DNA of 64,000 nucleotides from Octopus sinensis (Eukaryota). Location of the stretch: the NCBI RefSeq assembly GCF_006345805.1, contig NC_042998.1, forward strand, positions 174,220,001 to 174,284,000, in the 5' to 3' direction. This document shows, piece by piece, positions 27,846 through 41,739 of this stretch. The notes beneath the pieces are model-generated. The model searched no databases, was not told the DNA's origin, and saw only the letters and a program-made list of their open reading frames with translations. Each line of letters starts with the position of its first letter. The first letter of the stretch is position 1. A program made the position numbers and the translations under genes.

Positions 27846-28179
27846 ATGTTTGACTTTTGCTTTATATTGTACAAGTTGGCTCCAAGTCTCACCAGAGACC
27901 TCAAGAGACAACAGGGTTGGAAGTTCATGTTGTTGTTATGCCTAGTGTGCCATATATTGGGGGGTGGGGATGTTGTACTAATGAATGTCTAAAAAAAAAA
28001 AAATTTTTTAAAGTTTTTTTTTTTTTTTTCTTAAACCGAAAATTATGGTTGTTTTAAACCTTGAGGTTACATAGAGAGTATTTTGCGTAGGATATGAGCA
28101 GTTCCCATGAGCACTATCTTTTGAACTTCTGCCATTTTTATTATTATTATTATTATTATCATTATTATTATTATTATTA

Positions 28180-28213
<34 letters not shown>

Positions 28214-28949
28214 TGAATACATATAAAAAATCTTGCCTTAACTTATTCATTTGTTCGTTGAAATGTTAAGATGAAGCGTTTCAATTTACTTCTCAACATA
28301 AAGTGAATGAACGATGCCGTATATATTAATAACGAGAAGAAAATTATTTTAACCAACGTATAAAGTTCTTTTAGTCGAAGTTAAAGCATTGACATTTTTT
28401 TTTAGATAGTGGTTGGAAAGTGGGCATGACTAACACAAATAATAGCTGAAACCGACAACAATTTTCCGCAAGGAATTTACTCCAATATTTTGATTCAATA
28501 GATATAGTTAAAATATAGTCTTAATTCAATTGGTGTTTTGCTTTGTTTTATTCATTTTTTTAAAGAGAATTGTGTTTATTCGCGCATAATACGAAATAAA
28601 CTTCAATTTCAAATTATCACGTTATCATTTTTTCTAATGTAAAAATACATGTGAATACGAAGATGCTGAAGACAGTAACTCTGAGACACTTAATAGCTAA
28701 TTTATACGCTTCATTACCTGCAACTATAAAACACGCTGTGTGTAGTAAATGTGTCAAATGGTAATAAGCAATTCTTTTAACACACTGGTCGGCTATAGTT
28801 ATGTTCTCTATTGTTTAAAAAAGATTATTGTGATTATGTTATAATAAGATAGCTTACAACGTGAATATTAAATTACTAACGTTGTTAGCAGCGTAAGAAA
28901 CATCATCAATATAAACTTCTGAAATAAATGTAAGAGTAAGCGACAGAAA

Positions 28950-29215
28950 CTTGTTGCTTAAAGAACAAAATTCAAGCCTATTCACAGAAATTGCTAAAAA
29001 GAACAAGTATGCAGCCTCAAGAAAAATTGGTGTTGTTGAGAGCATCATTAGGCTAAAAAGAAAGAACAAAATTCAACCGCAGAAAATAGCAAGCAGTGAA
29101 AAATAGCTAAGGCTTGCTATCCAGAATTGGGAAAAGAATTGGCTGAATGGATGCAAGACAAGAGACAACATAAATATATTGTAACATACAAAGTTATAAG
29201 CAAAGAAAAGCTAAA
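28950..29215 (+). pseudogene. pogo/Tigger transposase N-terminal HTH remnant
   Basis: Translations KYAASRKIGVVESIIR and CYPELGKELAEWMQDKRQHKYIVT resemble BrkDBD and CENP-B HTH motifs. Confidence 0.6.
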
Positions 29216-32200
29216 TCGAGGAAGATGGCTGCGTATATTTATTGAATCAGGCATGGATAGTTTTTTAGACGATAAAAATCGTTTTGTATACAATGACCTG
29301 TTTTAATCTAAAGTACAGCCTTTGCACAATAGCTTTGAGGCAAATGTTACTGAGCAAAACACCGGAAACTATGCCAGTTGTAGTGATTGTGTTTGTGTTC
29401 TGTGTGTTTTTGTGCGTTCTAAAATTTGAAGTGATATTAAGATAGACCTAAATGACGCTTTGTTGTATTCGGAAACTGCATTATGTAAGAGGATAAAATA
29501 TGTTTAAAAAAGTGGTTGTCACATTCACATTGTTAGAGATCGCTTTGTACAACAGTAAACACAGTATATACATAGCTAGAGAGACGTTTAAAACCAAAGT
29601 CAGTTACTCAGTTTGAACATATTTAAACTTAAGATGTATTTTAGAGTAATTAATGTCCAGCGTCAATTTACAGCTAAAGATTAAAGTTACACACACACAA
29701 ACACAAGCACACGCACACACACATTCACATAGCTTATGACAACGATCAAACTCGATACCCACTGCATTCTAATTTTTGATCAATTTATTTTCTGAATTTG
29801 TCCCTTTTGCTATTCGCAATAAGAATTTGTCATGAGGATATTTCTTTTTTCTCCTACTAAGATTGTAATTATCATTAATTAAATTTTGGGACTCGTTTAA
29901 TTTAGGAAGTTAGCGCCCACTTTACAATTGTCATTGAGAGGTATGTTCCATCTTCTGGTCTTCATGTGTACTGTTATAATTCTCTATCTTTCCTTTACAA
30001 CTATAATAGCCTGTTCCTTGAAGCTGGCTGGCCTCATATCTCCAGCGATCAAGCATCCTTGACACACCCATCGCTTCACTTTCCTCGCCCCTGTTACATC
30101 AAGCCTTCTGTCCACCCACCACCCACACTAAGCAATTTCCGCTTTCCTTCATCAGGAATCTTCTCTCTACTCATGTCGTTCTCTTGCAAGTGCTGACATA
30201 CAACCACTTAATCAAAATATTAGCGGCATCAAAATGAGCAGCTTAAGAAGGACTGCTGTCATGATAGACACTGCTTCTCCAGTCGCAGCAAGTAAAAATT
30301 AAACGCCCTAGGCTAATTTCCATCTGTCATTATTTTAAGCTATTTTTCCCAATCAGTGTTCATTTCCTAAAACACCTATAATCGCTTCTAGCCATTTTAA
30401 TATCTTTCAGTGATGATAAGACTGCATTGTTGATGCAATTTGATAAGACCAGAACATACAAAGTTGTCATTATACTGCAAAATATCAGACTCACTCTGTA
30501 CTGCATATTATTTTTTTTTAATTCAAATCTTCAGGTTGTGCCCTTGTTCCTCTTCTTTAACCATATAATGTTACTTAATTGAAAATTCTAAGTGCACTAC
30601 ATTAAACGAATATTTATCGTTTTATTTTATCGTTGTTACAGTGTTTAAACGATTAATGAATTTCTATTCTTCTAACGGCCATCACTCATTGGCTGTCAAT
30701 CTTGCTGTTGCAATATTCACTATCTAAGTGATAGTTACTCCTGCTCCCTATAGAATACTGAAGGCAAGGATACTAGTCATATGCATTGGGATCCGTTTTT
30801 CACTATACGAGCCTGGGATCGTCTATGCCGGATATCGTTCCAGAGTTTCAATGTCGAGGTCTAGGATCTTTATACTCGAAAGGAGCCCATTCGAGGTAGA
30901 GATAGCCAGTGTAAGCTAAACTTGGGATTTGTATCAGCTACGGTCGCAATATCCTGTAGTAATGCCTGAGATAATTATTCACCGCCCAATCATGATAGAA
31001 CTGGTAATTATTTATGGCGTTGATAGAATGATATCAGCGGTTAGTGATAGCGAGGTTGGTGTGGATATTGATGAATGTGTTGATAAGTTTATTGAGAAAT
31101 ATATAGCCGCACTGAGAAGATATTACTAATTCTATTCGACAATATTACTGAATACCATTAAAGTCTATTCACAATCACTTGTCAATTGAAAGCTTGATTA
31201 GAAGATTGTGGAACTTGCCGTAAAAGTTACACATCACTTTAAGCCACAACGGGTATCAGGAAGTTGTGGAGGCAGTATTTAAAATACTGAGTTGCTGCAA
31301 ATAAACATTATGCACATTACAATGTGGTTCACGACACTTGATTTAATCTCAGTTAATTTCCTCAACAGCATATGGACGGAAGAAAGGCAGGAAGAAAATT
31401 CATAAATGTATAGGAAGATACGACTTGGATGGAGAAATGAGTCAAATAGACAGAAAGATACAAATTGAAAGGTAGGAATCTGTAATGTTTATAGTGTAAC
31501 AATTAAGCTGAGGACCTTACGACCTGGTGCTTCGGCAGAAGTTTCACAATTCAATGATCTATAAAGAATATTCCTACGAACAAAGCACCGGAATTGAGTT
31601 GCAGCAACAGTACTGAGAGACACGATGGTTATGATGGTGATGATGGTGGTAAATATTGTCTTCATTGTCATTGTAGAGCAGTTAATATGCTTACAGCCCT
31701 CATACCATTGAGAGATAACATTTTAGAGTTACTAAAAATTGTCAATAAATCCTTCATCAATAAATTTTAATTTTTATGTTCTATTTTCTTTCACCTCACC
31801 TATATCTTAGTGACGTTGTGTGATTTTCATGTGATATTTTTGTTACTGTTAAACTCCAAGCTATCTTTGATTATATAGACCTACGATCTGTCAATGATCA
31901 TTCCACAAGGCAATGTCACTTCAAAGTGAAATAATATAATCATGTTAATGTAGTCAAATACTTCTAGATTTAGAAATATTGATTTTAAATTGAGTTTATC
32001 CACCGACTCTTCAAATTAATATATGCTGAGCTTTCCTCGATCGACACACAAGACTCAAGTAACTCCTACTGTTATAAAAATTTTTATTCCAAATAAGCTG
32101 TATTATTGTCATATCTAAATAGTGAATACAACTTATAGGTTAGTTTTAGTATCAGCGGAATGATTTCGTTTTTGTAACGATGTGATAAATGGAGGTAACA

Positions 32201-33199
32201 TAATTGATTTGAATGTTTTCTGAAAATAATTCGTTGTATTCATTGCATCTCTAGTTGTTTGAACCATTCATCGATTATGCAATAACCATGTATTTTGCTA
32301 AAGAAAATGTCTGTTTCTATGAAAATTATATTCAGACAGATAGTTAGAGTGGCGAGCGGAAGTTTAATATATATTGTCATATTTTAGACTGACAGATCAA
32401 CTCAAACGATTGGATTAAGTATTGCTTTCCTTTTGGATTATGGGAACCAAAGATGCCATTAAAAATAAGCTAAAGAGATTTTCTAAGTATTTTGATGTCT
32501 ATAAAAATAGAAAAATGGAGTTTCTGAGTTTGATGGCATCTTGAAAACTGAATTGATAACAATGAAGAATGAAAAGGAATGAAAATGAAATGTGTGAAAT
32601 AATGAAAATGGAAATAAAGAAAAATCAGAAGAAGGAAAAGACAGACGAAAAATGAACCGGGAGAAATACAATGTCTAATAAAATTTTGTAATGACTAATA
32701 CAATGAGGAAGGAAATATTAAGAGTAAGATAAGTTAATCTAATTGACTTTGATGCTTTACTGACACTGGTGGGATAAGAGGTAAAAATCGATCCTGGCGG
32801 GATTTGAAGTCAGGACGTAAAAAATTGATTGAATTAAATGCCACAAAACACTTTGTTTGGAGGTCCTTGGATTCTGAAATTCGCTTGTAGGCAGTCGCAC
32901 AGAACAACCCTGTTACTCAGCTGTCTTCTCAATAACTGTTTCTAATTTAGGCATAAATCCAGAAGTTTTGAAGGGAGGCTGTTTGCCAATGCCATCAACC
33001 CATGTACTCCACTGGTACCGTCTTTTATCGACTGTGGAGGAATGAAAAGCAAAGCTGTCCAAGGGAAGATATGAACTCAGACCATAAAGAGCCAGAGATA
33101 CTGTGACATTTTTTTAGTTAATAATTCTCGCAATCCACTGCTCGTGTTCGCCCAAGAATTCTTATTAATTTTTGACACAAGTCCATCAAATTTGAGTGG

Positions 33200-33375
33200 A
33201 GCGGAAAAGACGAGTACATTGATCCTAGTACTTGACTGGTACTTATTTTATCAAGCCCAAGAAAAACAATGCGCACCTCGGCGAAATTTGGACTCAGAAC
33301 GAAATGAATCTGAAGAAATGCTGCTAGGAGATTAAATTTGTCCAACCTGATAACGAATCTATCAGCTCGCTGCTT
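33200..33375 (-). mobile_element. Degenerate SINE of the 6723 family
   Basis: tggtacttattttatc...cctcggcgaaatttggactcagaacg...ctatcagctcgc matches 7030-7165. Confidence 0.55.
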
Positions 33376-34059
33376 TATAATTGTAACAACAATAAATATT
33401 GAAGATTATGAAAACATATAGTAGCTATTACTGCTTTTTCTATGTTCTTCTTTCTTTTAGTACTTGTGTTCTTTTGCTACTCTTGTTCGTAATTTCTTCT
33501 TTGGCATGTTCTTCCCAATTTTCTTGTTTTCTCTTTATATTTTAATTTTCTATGCTTTTCCATTTCTCTTCTTCCTCCTTCTCCTTCAACAAAATATTCT
33601 TAATGAGTAGCTTGGAGCTAAATTTTCCAATTTTCAAAGTTTTGAAGTAAACTTTTAAAAAACTTGTTCCAATCCAATCAATGCGATGCGAAATAATTCA
33701 CACCTGAGCTTCATACAATATCAGACTATTCCATCATTATTATCTACTTCTGCGAATCGCCTCTTATTATTAGTGATTTTTAGATTAATTCCACAAACTA
33801 AAAGTGCCAGAATTTTGATAATTATTAATAAATATGCATTCTTTAAGTTACATATTCCAGAGTGAGGTATCTTGTACTCTTCTTACTTAGATTTTGTCAT
33901 TCATCTTAACCTTTTCAAAGACTTCTTTTTTTTTTGTCGTCGTTCAATTGGATTGATAGACATGTAAATTAAACCAGTCACGAGAATAGTTTGAACCTAG
34001 AATGCAAAATATGTAACACATGAAGTTAAAGAATCCGCCGTTTCTCTCAGCTTCTTCTG

Positions 34060-34250
34060 CGATGTGAAGTTACCCGTATTTGAAGTTATCCGTACTACAC
34101 TCTGATTTGATTGTTAGGTACAACGTTATTCCAGAGGATGCCGAGAAGTTTGTGTATGCACCTAACTTCAAAAGAATTAAGTTTCTTTTAATGACCGAAC
34201 AATAGAATCCATATTTACTGAAACAGAGTCTAAGTCACAGAACAAACTTT
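34060..34250 (-). mobile_element. Old RTE-like LINE C-terminal remnant
   Basis: Minus strand reads KKLNSFEVRCIHKLLGILWNNVVPNNQIR, like the RTE consensus FEMRCLRKILGITW...PNEEI. Confidence 0.45.
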
Positions 34251-36276
34251 CTGCTATCGCAAATCTTCACCGTTCTTTGAACCTAACTCATGCTACTCTT
34301 GTTTTTATGTTCCATAATGCCTTATAAACCAAATGATAGATGCATTTCTCAGGTAAACGTCTCCTGCATATTTTGAACTTTAGTGTTAAGAGTTTTGTTG
34401 CCTAACAGCATGCAATTTGTACTTCATGTTGTTCTTAGGAGTAAAGCCAACTCCCCTAGAGCTATTTAAATTCATAAAGCCTTGTTTCTGAGAGCTAGGT
34501 ACTAACTTCTGGGGTTGCATTGTTATCAAGAAAACCTTGAGAGTTTTGAATCGTCTGTTTTTATCTACTCAGTGGCGAATTTGGAGTTCTAATAGATTTG
34601 GCTATCAATGTACTATGTAATGTGTTAAAACATCATCATAATATAATAATATAATAATATTGTATTATGTGTATGCAAAATTCACAAGACTTGCCGCCTT
34701 ACAAGAAAAACATATTTTTCTTATAGGTTAACAGTATTTAGCAGTTTAAAATGTTGTTTACGAGATCTTACATCTTTATGTTCACCTAAGCAAATATACT
34801 GGTATACTAATAACTATGATGATATAACAAAAACTTTTGAAGAGATCATGGGCACACACTTTAGACATGGTTAACTGTTGGAGTTGATTCCATGTAGTAA
34901 GAAGGAAGCTGCAGATAAAATTTGAACTGAGTTAAAGGCTTTGCGCGAAACATAAATTCAATGTATTTAGATTTGTACCTTTTGTAATGTACCCTAAATA
35001 TTAGCCTTTATTGTTTACGTAAATATTGCAATAAGACATTTGTTGTTATTTTTATAAGTTCCAAGAGTACAAACATGAAGTAGACCTGCAGTTAAAAACA
35101 TTTATGCGGTGACAATACCTTTTTTTTCACATAATCTGTCTAAGACTATATTATCAAATGTACACTTCATTTTTGAATATAATAAAGTGTACTTTAAGAT
35201 TTGGCTGATTTTCTATTTGTTTGAGTGACTCCGTAAAGACATCCTCATTAGTGTTTGCATAGAAATCCATGCAAGATTGGCGGTACAATATATCTCCACA
35301 TGAAAACATATTAACTAACGGCCGCCTCCATTTGTTCGAGGAGAGAGGTCTGGTGGCAGAAATTGTTGTGGCAATCAAAAAAATCGTTACGCCAAATAAA
35401 ACATGATCCGATTACAATTTTTGACTGTTAAATCTGCAACTTGCCACTAAAGCCAAAGAAACCAGATTATTGGCTTTCCCTGTCCACAGATAAGAATATA
35501 TTGGATGTTGCTTTGCGTGACATTCTTAATTTTGAAGATTTCGTAAATGACATTTAAGATAGGGATGATATTCAAAGACTTGGAAAGAAATTTCAGCATT
35601 ACATGCTATAACATAAGCTTTCTTTTATTTTATTAAATGGTCAAGGAAGGAGGGACAGCGTCTGTGGTATTTTATAAGCAGTCCCAGCATGATAAGATCA
35701 AGGCAGTTATTGTTCAAAGCAGATTACGAAGAATTCCAGCTTTCCTTCCATTTTAAGGAAAATATTGCAATGAAAATCTATGGATGGACTAGTATTGTTG
35801 GTAACGAAGGCTAGAAAATCTATAAAAGCTAGTTTTAGCGAAATATCTTCTAGAGGTATAGTGTTAATTTATTCGCTATAAAACTTTGAACTGTTAAACG
35901 TAGATTCAGGTTTTAATTTTGTTGCAGTATAAAATATTGCTAATTCTTTGCAGGCACCTCCATCTTAATCAAGTAAACGAAAAGCCAATAATGAGAATGT
36001 TTATGCTTCGCATGAGATTAAGTTGAGTTGTATAATTTATAGGTTCTTGATAATACTTGCCAGTAATTTGTGCTATTTGTTCGCAGCAATGAAAAATTCA
36101 CACCACTTATTTCCAGCCATTTCCTTTTTAATTCATTGCATAAAAGCATTGGCTTGTTTTGATGATTGACATACCAACCGAGACTTCTAAGTAGGTGTTT
36201 CTCTTGGGTTTTCTAATAAACGCATAAACACTAACTGCAATAAAATATAAAAAGTATAAATAAATATGAAGAAATA

Positions 36277-36394
36277 TGATTCCGGGTTCAGTTCCACTGC
36301 GTGGCACCTTGGGCAAGTGTCTTCTTCTATAACGTCGGGCCGACCAAAGCCTTGGGAATAGATTTGGTAGACGGAACCTGAAAGAAACCCGTTG

Positions 36395-36396
<2 letters not shown>
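36277..36396 (+). mobile_element. 5' half of a SINE (18963 family), split by later insertions
   Basis: ttccgggttcag...ggcaccttgggcaagtgtctt...aaagaaacccgttgta, followed by (TA)n. Confidence 0.8.
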
Positions 36397-36445
<49 letters not shown>

Positions 36446-36651
36446 GTATATATATATGTATGTATGTATGTATATATATATATATATATGTATGTATATA
36501 TATATATATGTATGTATATATATATATTTTATATATGTATATATATATATATATATATATACTTTGATACTTTGATACTTTGATAGGTTTCGGCCATTAT
36601 TGGCCCAGGCCATGTCTAACTTAATAGCACCACCTGGTGAAGTCTTTCAAG

Positions 36652-39600
36652 TCAGAATTTGGGCACTATGGCCCACTCAAGTAGAGAGTTATTGTTTACA
36701 GAGACATATCCGGGTGTTGGGGGTTTATCCGGGATTTCTTGAAGGAATCTGTCCAAAGACTTCTTGAACCCTATAGGGTCAGTTTCTGTTTTAATTGTGT
36801 TTTGGTGTAATGTTAAAGAGAGCGGGCCAATTGAGGTGAAATAATTGTGCCGTATTGTTGTTATGAGATGAGAGTGCGATTTTTGTTTTGGGCGGATGGC
36901 ACGGGGCCCAAGCCTTGGATGTACCTTAAAGGTGATGCCAACATCATTTGGGCAATGCTGATGGAATATTTTCCACATCATGCAGATGATGTAGCGCTCA
37001 CGACGACGTTGGAGAGAATAGAGTTTTAGCTTTTCTAGTCGACCCCAATAGTCGAGGCCTGTCATGCCATCTATCTTTTTTGTGATTGCCCCTTTGAGGT
37101 GCTTCAACTTTTATGATACCTTGTATTGTGTGGGGAGACCACAGTGGACAACAGTATTCAAGGTGGGGTCGGGCAAAAGTGGAGAAGAGAAGGATAATGG
37201 TGTGGATATCTCTCGACTGGAAGTTCTGAGAATCCAGGAACACATTCTGCGGGCCATGTCACTTTGGTGTTTATATGAGTGGCCCAGCTTATGTTGTTGT
37301 CCACAATTACTCCCAGGTCTCTGATGTTGTTGGGCGCCGCGAGAGTTTCACCTGAAGGAAGGGAGTATGGGAGTTTCAGGGCATCCTCTTTTCCAAAGTG
37401 GATTAGCTCAAATTTATCCTCGTTCAGCAGCATATTGTTTTTTTCTGCCCATTGGATAACAGCCAGTAGATCTGACTGAAGGCATGTCCGGTCACTCGCC
37501 TCATTTATGACCTTCTGTAGCTTGGAGCATCTGCAAAGATTTTTATGTTGCTGTGCTTGATGATGTCATTAATGTCATTAATGTAAATGATGAAAAGAAG
37601 TGGGCCCAGCACAGTGCCTTGCGGAACGCCACTACTGACTTTGACTGGGCTTGATTTTACCCCTTCAACTACAACATGTTGAGATCTGTCTGTCAGGAAA
37701 CACTTGATCCATTTCAGTAACTTTCCAGAGACACCAATGTTGGATAGTTTTTTCAATAGGATCTTGTGATCGACCCTGTCGAAGGCCTTACTGAAATCAA
37801 GGTAGATGACATCGGTATTGGAGCCCTCTCCCAAAGCTCTCAAAATGTCCTCAAAGTGATGCAGGAGCTGCGTTAGGCAGTCCCTTCCATTACGGAACCC
37901 ATGTTGGTTGGAGATCAGCCGTCTGTTGCTTTCCAGAAATTGGGTTATTCGAGATCTCACCACCCTCTCAAATATCTTGATGATATGAGAGGTGAGTGAG
38001 ATCGGACGGTAATTCACTGCAAGGGACTTGTTTCCCTTTTTGAAAACTGGGACAACAGACTGGGACAGAAGGTTTTTTGGAATATAGCCAGCATCCAGTG
38101 AGTTTCTCCACAGATTAGCAAGGGGAGATGCAAGTTGGTGTCGACACACCTTCAGGACACAAGCAGGGAACCTATCGGGGCCTACTGCTGAATTGTGTTT
38201 TATTTCGTTTATCGCCGCTAAGACATCAGGGGCACTAAACGTTATGTCCGATATAGTGTGTTGGGGGTTGACATCACTGATACAGCCCAGATCGGCCATA
38301 TCAGGATTGCTGAAAACAGAGCAGTATTGTTTCTGCAGTATCTCGGCCATGGATTTGGCATTATCTTGGAGAGTGCCAGTTTCGTCAATTAGAGGGCCTA
38401 CAGTGGAGACAGTGACCCTGCGTTTCCTCGCAAATGAAAAGAACACTTTGGGGTTGAGTTTGATTTTTTCAATGGCCCACTTCTCCTCAGCTGATCTTTG
38501 GTTATTGATGAGGGTCTTCATGCATTGTTGGAGGTTATATTTTTTGGATTCAAGCAGTGCGATAGCCGTCGAATGTGTGTGTTGCTGTTGGCAGTACTTT
38601 AGTTTGTTAATTTTTTTGTTTGTTCTTTTTATTTTTCTGATAATGGTTTTTCTGTTTTGGGGGATTCTGCACTTTTTGTTCACAGGTCTTGGTGGGGAGT
38701 GTTTTGCACATATGTCTGTGACGGTGTCTACAAAGATCTGCCAAGATGTTTTATGGTTGGTGGAGATGTGTGTATGTGTAAAGGACCAGTCAACATGTGA
38801 TAGCTCGTTCCTGATTGCATCTCAGTTGGCATTATGGAGATCCATGTTGTCAAATGGGTGGGCTGGAGGAAGGTCACTAGGATTAGCTTTCGGCTGGTGG
38901 AATTTCATGTTACAGAGAACCATGTCATGGTCTGAAAGAAGGGTTTTTTCCACTGTAACGTTATGTATAGTGTTAGTGTGGTTACTAAACACTAGGTCCA
39001 AAATGTTCTGATGTCTTGTTGGTGCAAGGACAAGTTGGGACAAGAAAAACTCATTCGTAAAGTCGAAAAGTGACTCTGCTGCTTCTTTGTCAGCGGTTGA
39101 GGCGGGAGTGCTTGGTTTCAAACAGTTTGTAGTCCAGTCAACACAGGGTAGATTGAAGTCTCCCATCATGAGTATGTTGCTAGAATGGCACTGTTGAATA
39201 AAGCACTTAATGCTGTTGAGGCATTCTTGAAAGCACAGTATGGGTGTTTGGGGCGGCCTATAGAGCCCAATTACTGTCAGGTCATTGGCTTTGTTGTGCA
39301 CGGTGACTGATTCACAGTAGCCGTTGGAGAATATACTATTTCCATCTGCCGTAAATGAATCATGCAGGAAAATGGCAGTTCCACCCTTCCTCCTGCCGAT
39401 ACGATCCGCGCGGATGGTTGTGAAATTCTTCACTCTCACTTCGGCTTCCAAGTGGGAGTTGTCAAGGTGGGTCTCAGTGAGAATGAAGAAAGGGATGTGG
39501 TGTGAATGGTTACCAACCCAGTCTTCAATGAATGGACCTTCCATTTTTGTGCATTGATGGAAGGGCTGACACCTTGTGCATTGAGTAGGAATGTGGAGGT
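36652..39600 (-). pseudogene. LINE ORF2 (APE endonuclease plus reverse transcriptase), frameshifted
   Basis: ORF-track fragments 38822-39544, 37505-38683, 37158-37433, 36998-37243 and 36652-37107 are colinear parts of one ORF2. Confidence 0.9.
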
Positions 39601-39899
39601 TAGTGTAGTGGCTGGTTTTGACTGTTGCAGGGTGGCTTGATTTTTGTGTGTGTTAGTGGCAGCAATGTGGGGAATTGGTGCACTGGGGTAATAGCATAGG
39701 ATGGTGTTGAGTGATGGCTAGAATGTTTTTGTGTATCTCTTTTGCCATGTTCAACATGGCTAAAAAAGAATTTTCCTGCTTAGGGAGCAGTTTTTGGCTG
39801 GAGGTGTGGTTGCACTGTGGATAGGGTTGTAGTTTCCACTTTTGTTGTTGTTGTTTTTGTGTCTTCCTGAAAAGACTGGACCAGCATTACTGCAGCATG

Positions 39900-40880
39900 G
39901 TGTGTTTCTATTTTATTTTTATTCAGGTTTGTGTGTTGGCTTGAAGCCCCGTTTCTGTTTGTGCGTCGGGTCCCTGGAAGATGAGTGAAGGGACAGTCAC
40001 TCAGCAGACATGTTCTCTCACGTTGGGAATACCGGCAGATTTTGGGACTCCGAGTTGTGTGTGTTTTTTGAATTCGATTTACTATTGGGTGGTGTTGATG
40101 TTATTGTGGGATGCGTGCTTTGGCCTTGGCCGGTAGTGCGTCTAGTGCCGGGTAGATGCGTGAAGATGCAGTCACTATTTGTGCAGAGTCTCTCGCGCAG
40201 TGAATAGCGGCATATTTTGGGATTTCTTGTTTGTGCCGTGGGGGGCGCATTCTGCTTCCTATGTTTCTTTAAGTTTTTGTTACTGCAGTAGTATTGAGGT
40301 GGTGATGTGGGGGGAGTGGGCAGTGGTTTCTTATTTGGTTTTCTGTTGTATTTTTGGTGATGAGAGACGATGGTGGCAGCGGTGGTGATGATGATGATGA
40401 TAATTGTGGTGGTTGCCGTGAGAGCGGTGAAAAGATACTGGCATTTAGTGAATCATCTAGTAAGCTAGAGTTGAGGAGTGGCTGTTGTTGTTCTTGTTGC
40501 TGTGGCTGTTGTTGTTGTTGTTGTGCTTGAACGATGTTAGGGTCAGCCATTGTGCTGGGAACCAGGAGTGGCTCATTCTGTTGTTGTTGTTGTTGTGGCT
40601 ACTGATTTTCTAGCTGTTGCTGTTCTTGAACTGTGAAAATATGAAGAAGCTTTTCATAATGGCCTTTTGTCAGTTTGAAAGATACTTCGATATGTTTCAG
40701 TTTACTACGAATCTGTTTGACGGATCGTGTGTTGACCACTTATGATGTTTTTTCGGCAATCTCATTCAAACACAAAACATTTAGATTTTCTGTTTGGGAA
40801 AGAGAGAACCATGTGTTTATTAAAACATCAATTTCGTTATCAGACCAATTTCGTCTGTTGCAGGCCTGCAAGTTAGTCAT
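39900..40880 (-). pseudogene. LINE ORF1: Myb/SANT-like N-terminus, Q/P/S-rich linker, two CCCH zinc fingers
   Basis: ATG at 40880 gives MTNLQACNRRNWSDNEIDVLINTW...EIAEKTS*VVNTRSVKQIRSKLKHI; CRYSLRERLCTNSDCIFTH (40156-40212); CRYSQRERTCLLSDCPFTH (39981-40037); 3' end approximate. Confidence 0.7.
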
Positions 40881-41199
40881 GTTTGTTTTTCTTTTGTTTG
40901 TTTTCCTTTTGATTTTTAAAAAATATATATATTCTTTCTTGGGAGTTAAAGAAGTGTATATATATATAAATGTTCTCTCTTAAGGGTGTGAGTTTTTGAT
41001 TATTTGGTTGTTTGAGGATATTAAAAGAAAAACAGGTGTATATAACAATTTGTAGTTAAATGAAAACGTACTTACGGGTTTGTAGGCAAACACGTGGTTA
41101 CAAATATATATATATTTAAGGTCAGTTAGGTTTTGAAGCTGTGTAGCTTGCTACTGACTTGGGAGAGAAACAAATAGACGTCCGTCCACTTCAACAGTT

Positions 41200-41202
41200 A
41201 AT

Positions 41203-41245
<43 letters not shown>

Positions 41246-41332
41246 GTATGTATATATATATATATATTATGTATATATATATATGTATGTAATATATATA
41301 TATATATGTATATATATATATGTATGTATATA

Positions 41333-41365
<33 letters not shown>

Positions 41366-41432
41366 ATATAGTATGTATATATATATATATGTATATATAT
41401 GTATATATATATATGTATGTATATATATATAT

Positions 41433-41480
<48 letters not shown>

Positions 41481-41482
41481 GT
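41200..41482. repeat. (TA)n-rich microsatellite
   Basis: Direct reading. Confidence 0.95.
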
Positions 41483-41641
41483 AAGGGGAAAGTAAAAAGG
41501 AAAATAAGCGAAAATGTACATTGGTAATAAAAAAAAGTAAAGGCTTTTTATGAAAAGTAACGATAGATTTATACAATTATATGAACTGAGGTAGTAATAA
41601 AAGTAATAAAAGTCATTATTGTGAATTGTTATAGAGATTCA

Positions 41642-41680
41642 AATGCATACCGGTTTCGTGAATTTACTAATCATTGCTTT
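41642..41680 (-). ncRNA. Variant hammerhead (core AUGAUUA), left arm
   Basis: AAAGCA-AUGAUUA-GUAAAUUCAC-GAA-ACCGGU-A|UGCAUU. Confidence 0.55.
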
Positions 41681-41700
41681 AATTAGTTAATTTACTAACC

Positions 41701-41739
41701 AAAGCAATGATTAATAAATTCACGAAAACGGTATGCTTT
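41701..41739 (+). ncRNA. Variant hammerhead (core AUGAUUA), right arm
   Basis: AAAGCA-AUGAUUA-AUAAAUUCAC-GAA-AACGGU-A|UGCUUU; helix I 6/6, two substitutions elsewhere. Confidence 0.45.

Larger units (their letters stand above)
36560..41150 (-). mobile_element. Near full-length CR1/Jockey-like LINE (ORF1 plus APE-RT ORF2), with a few frameshifts and stops
   Basis: APE (LTETHL, MGDFNLP, LDLVF, SDH); RT (YRPISLTS, YLDFSKAFD, GVPQGTVLGPLLF, FADA); 3' tail (TATCAAAG)3 at ~36560-36586; 5' boundary approximate. Confidence 0.92.

Noticed and set aside
29960-30360. Possible RTE C-terminal remnant on the minus strand (also ~10500-10640)
   Set aside because: Similarity too weak to support by eye
30720-31130. 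Two short plus-strand ORFs in a GC-richer island
   Set aside because: No recognisable motifs or splice evidence
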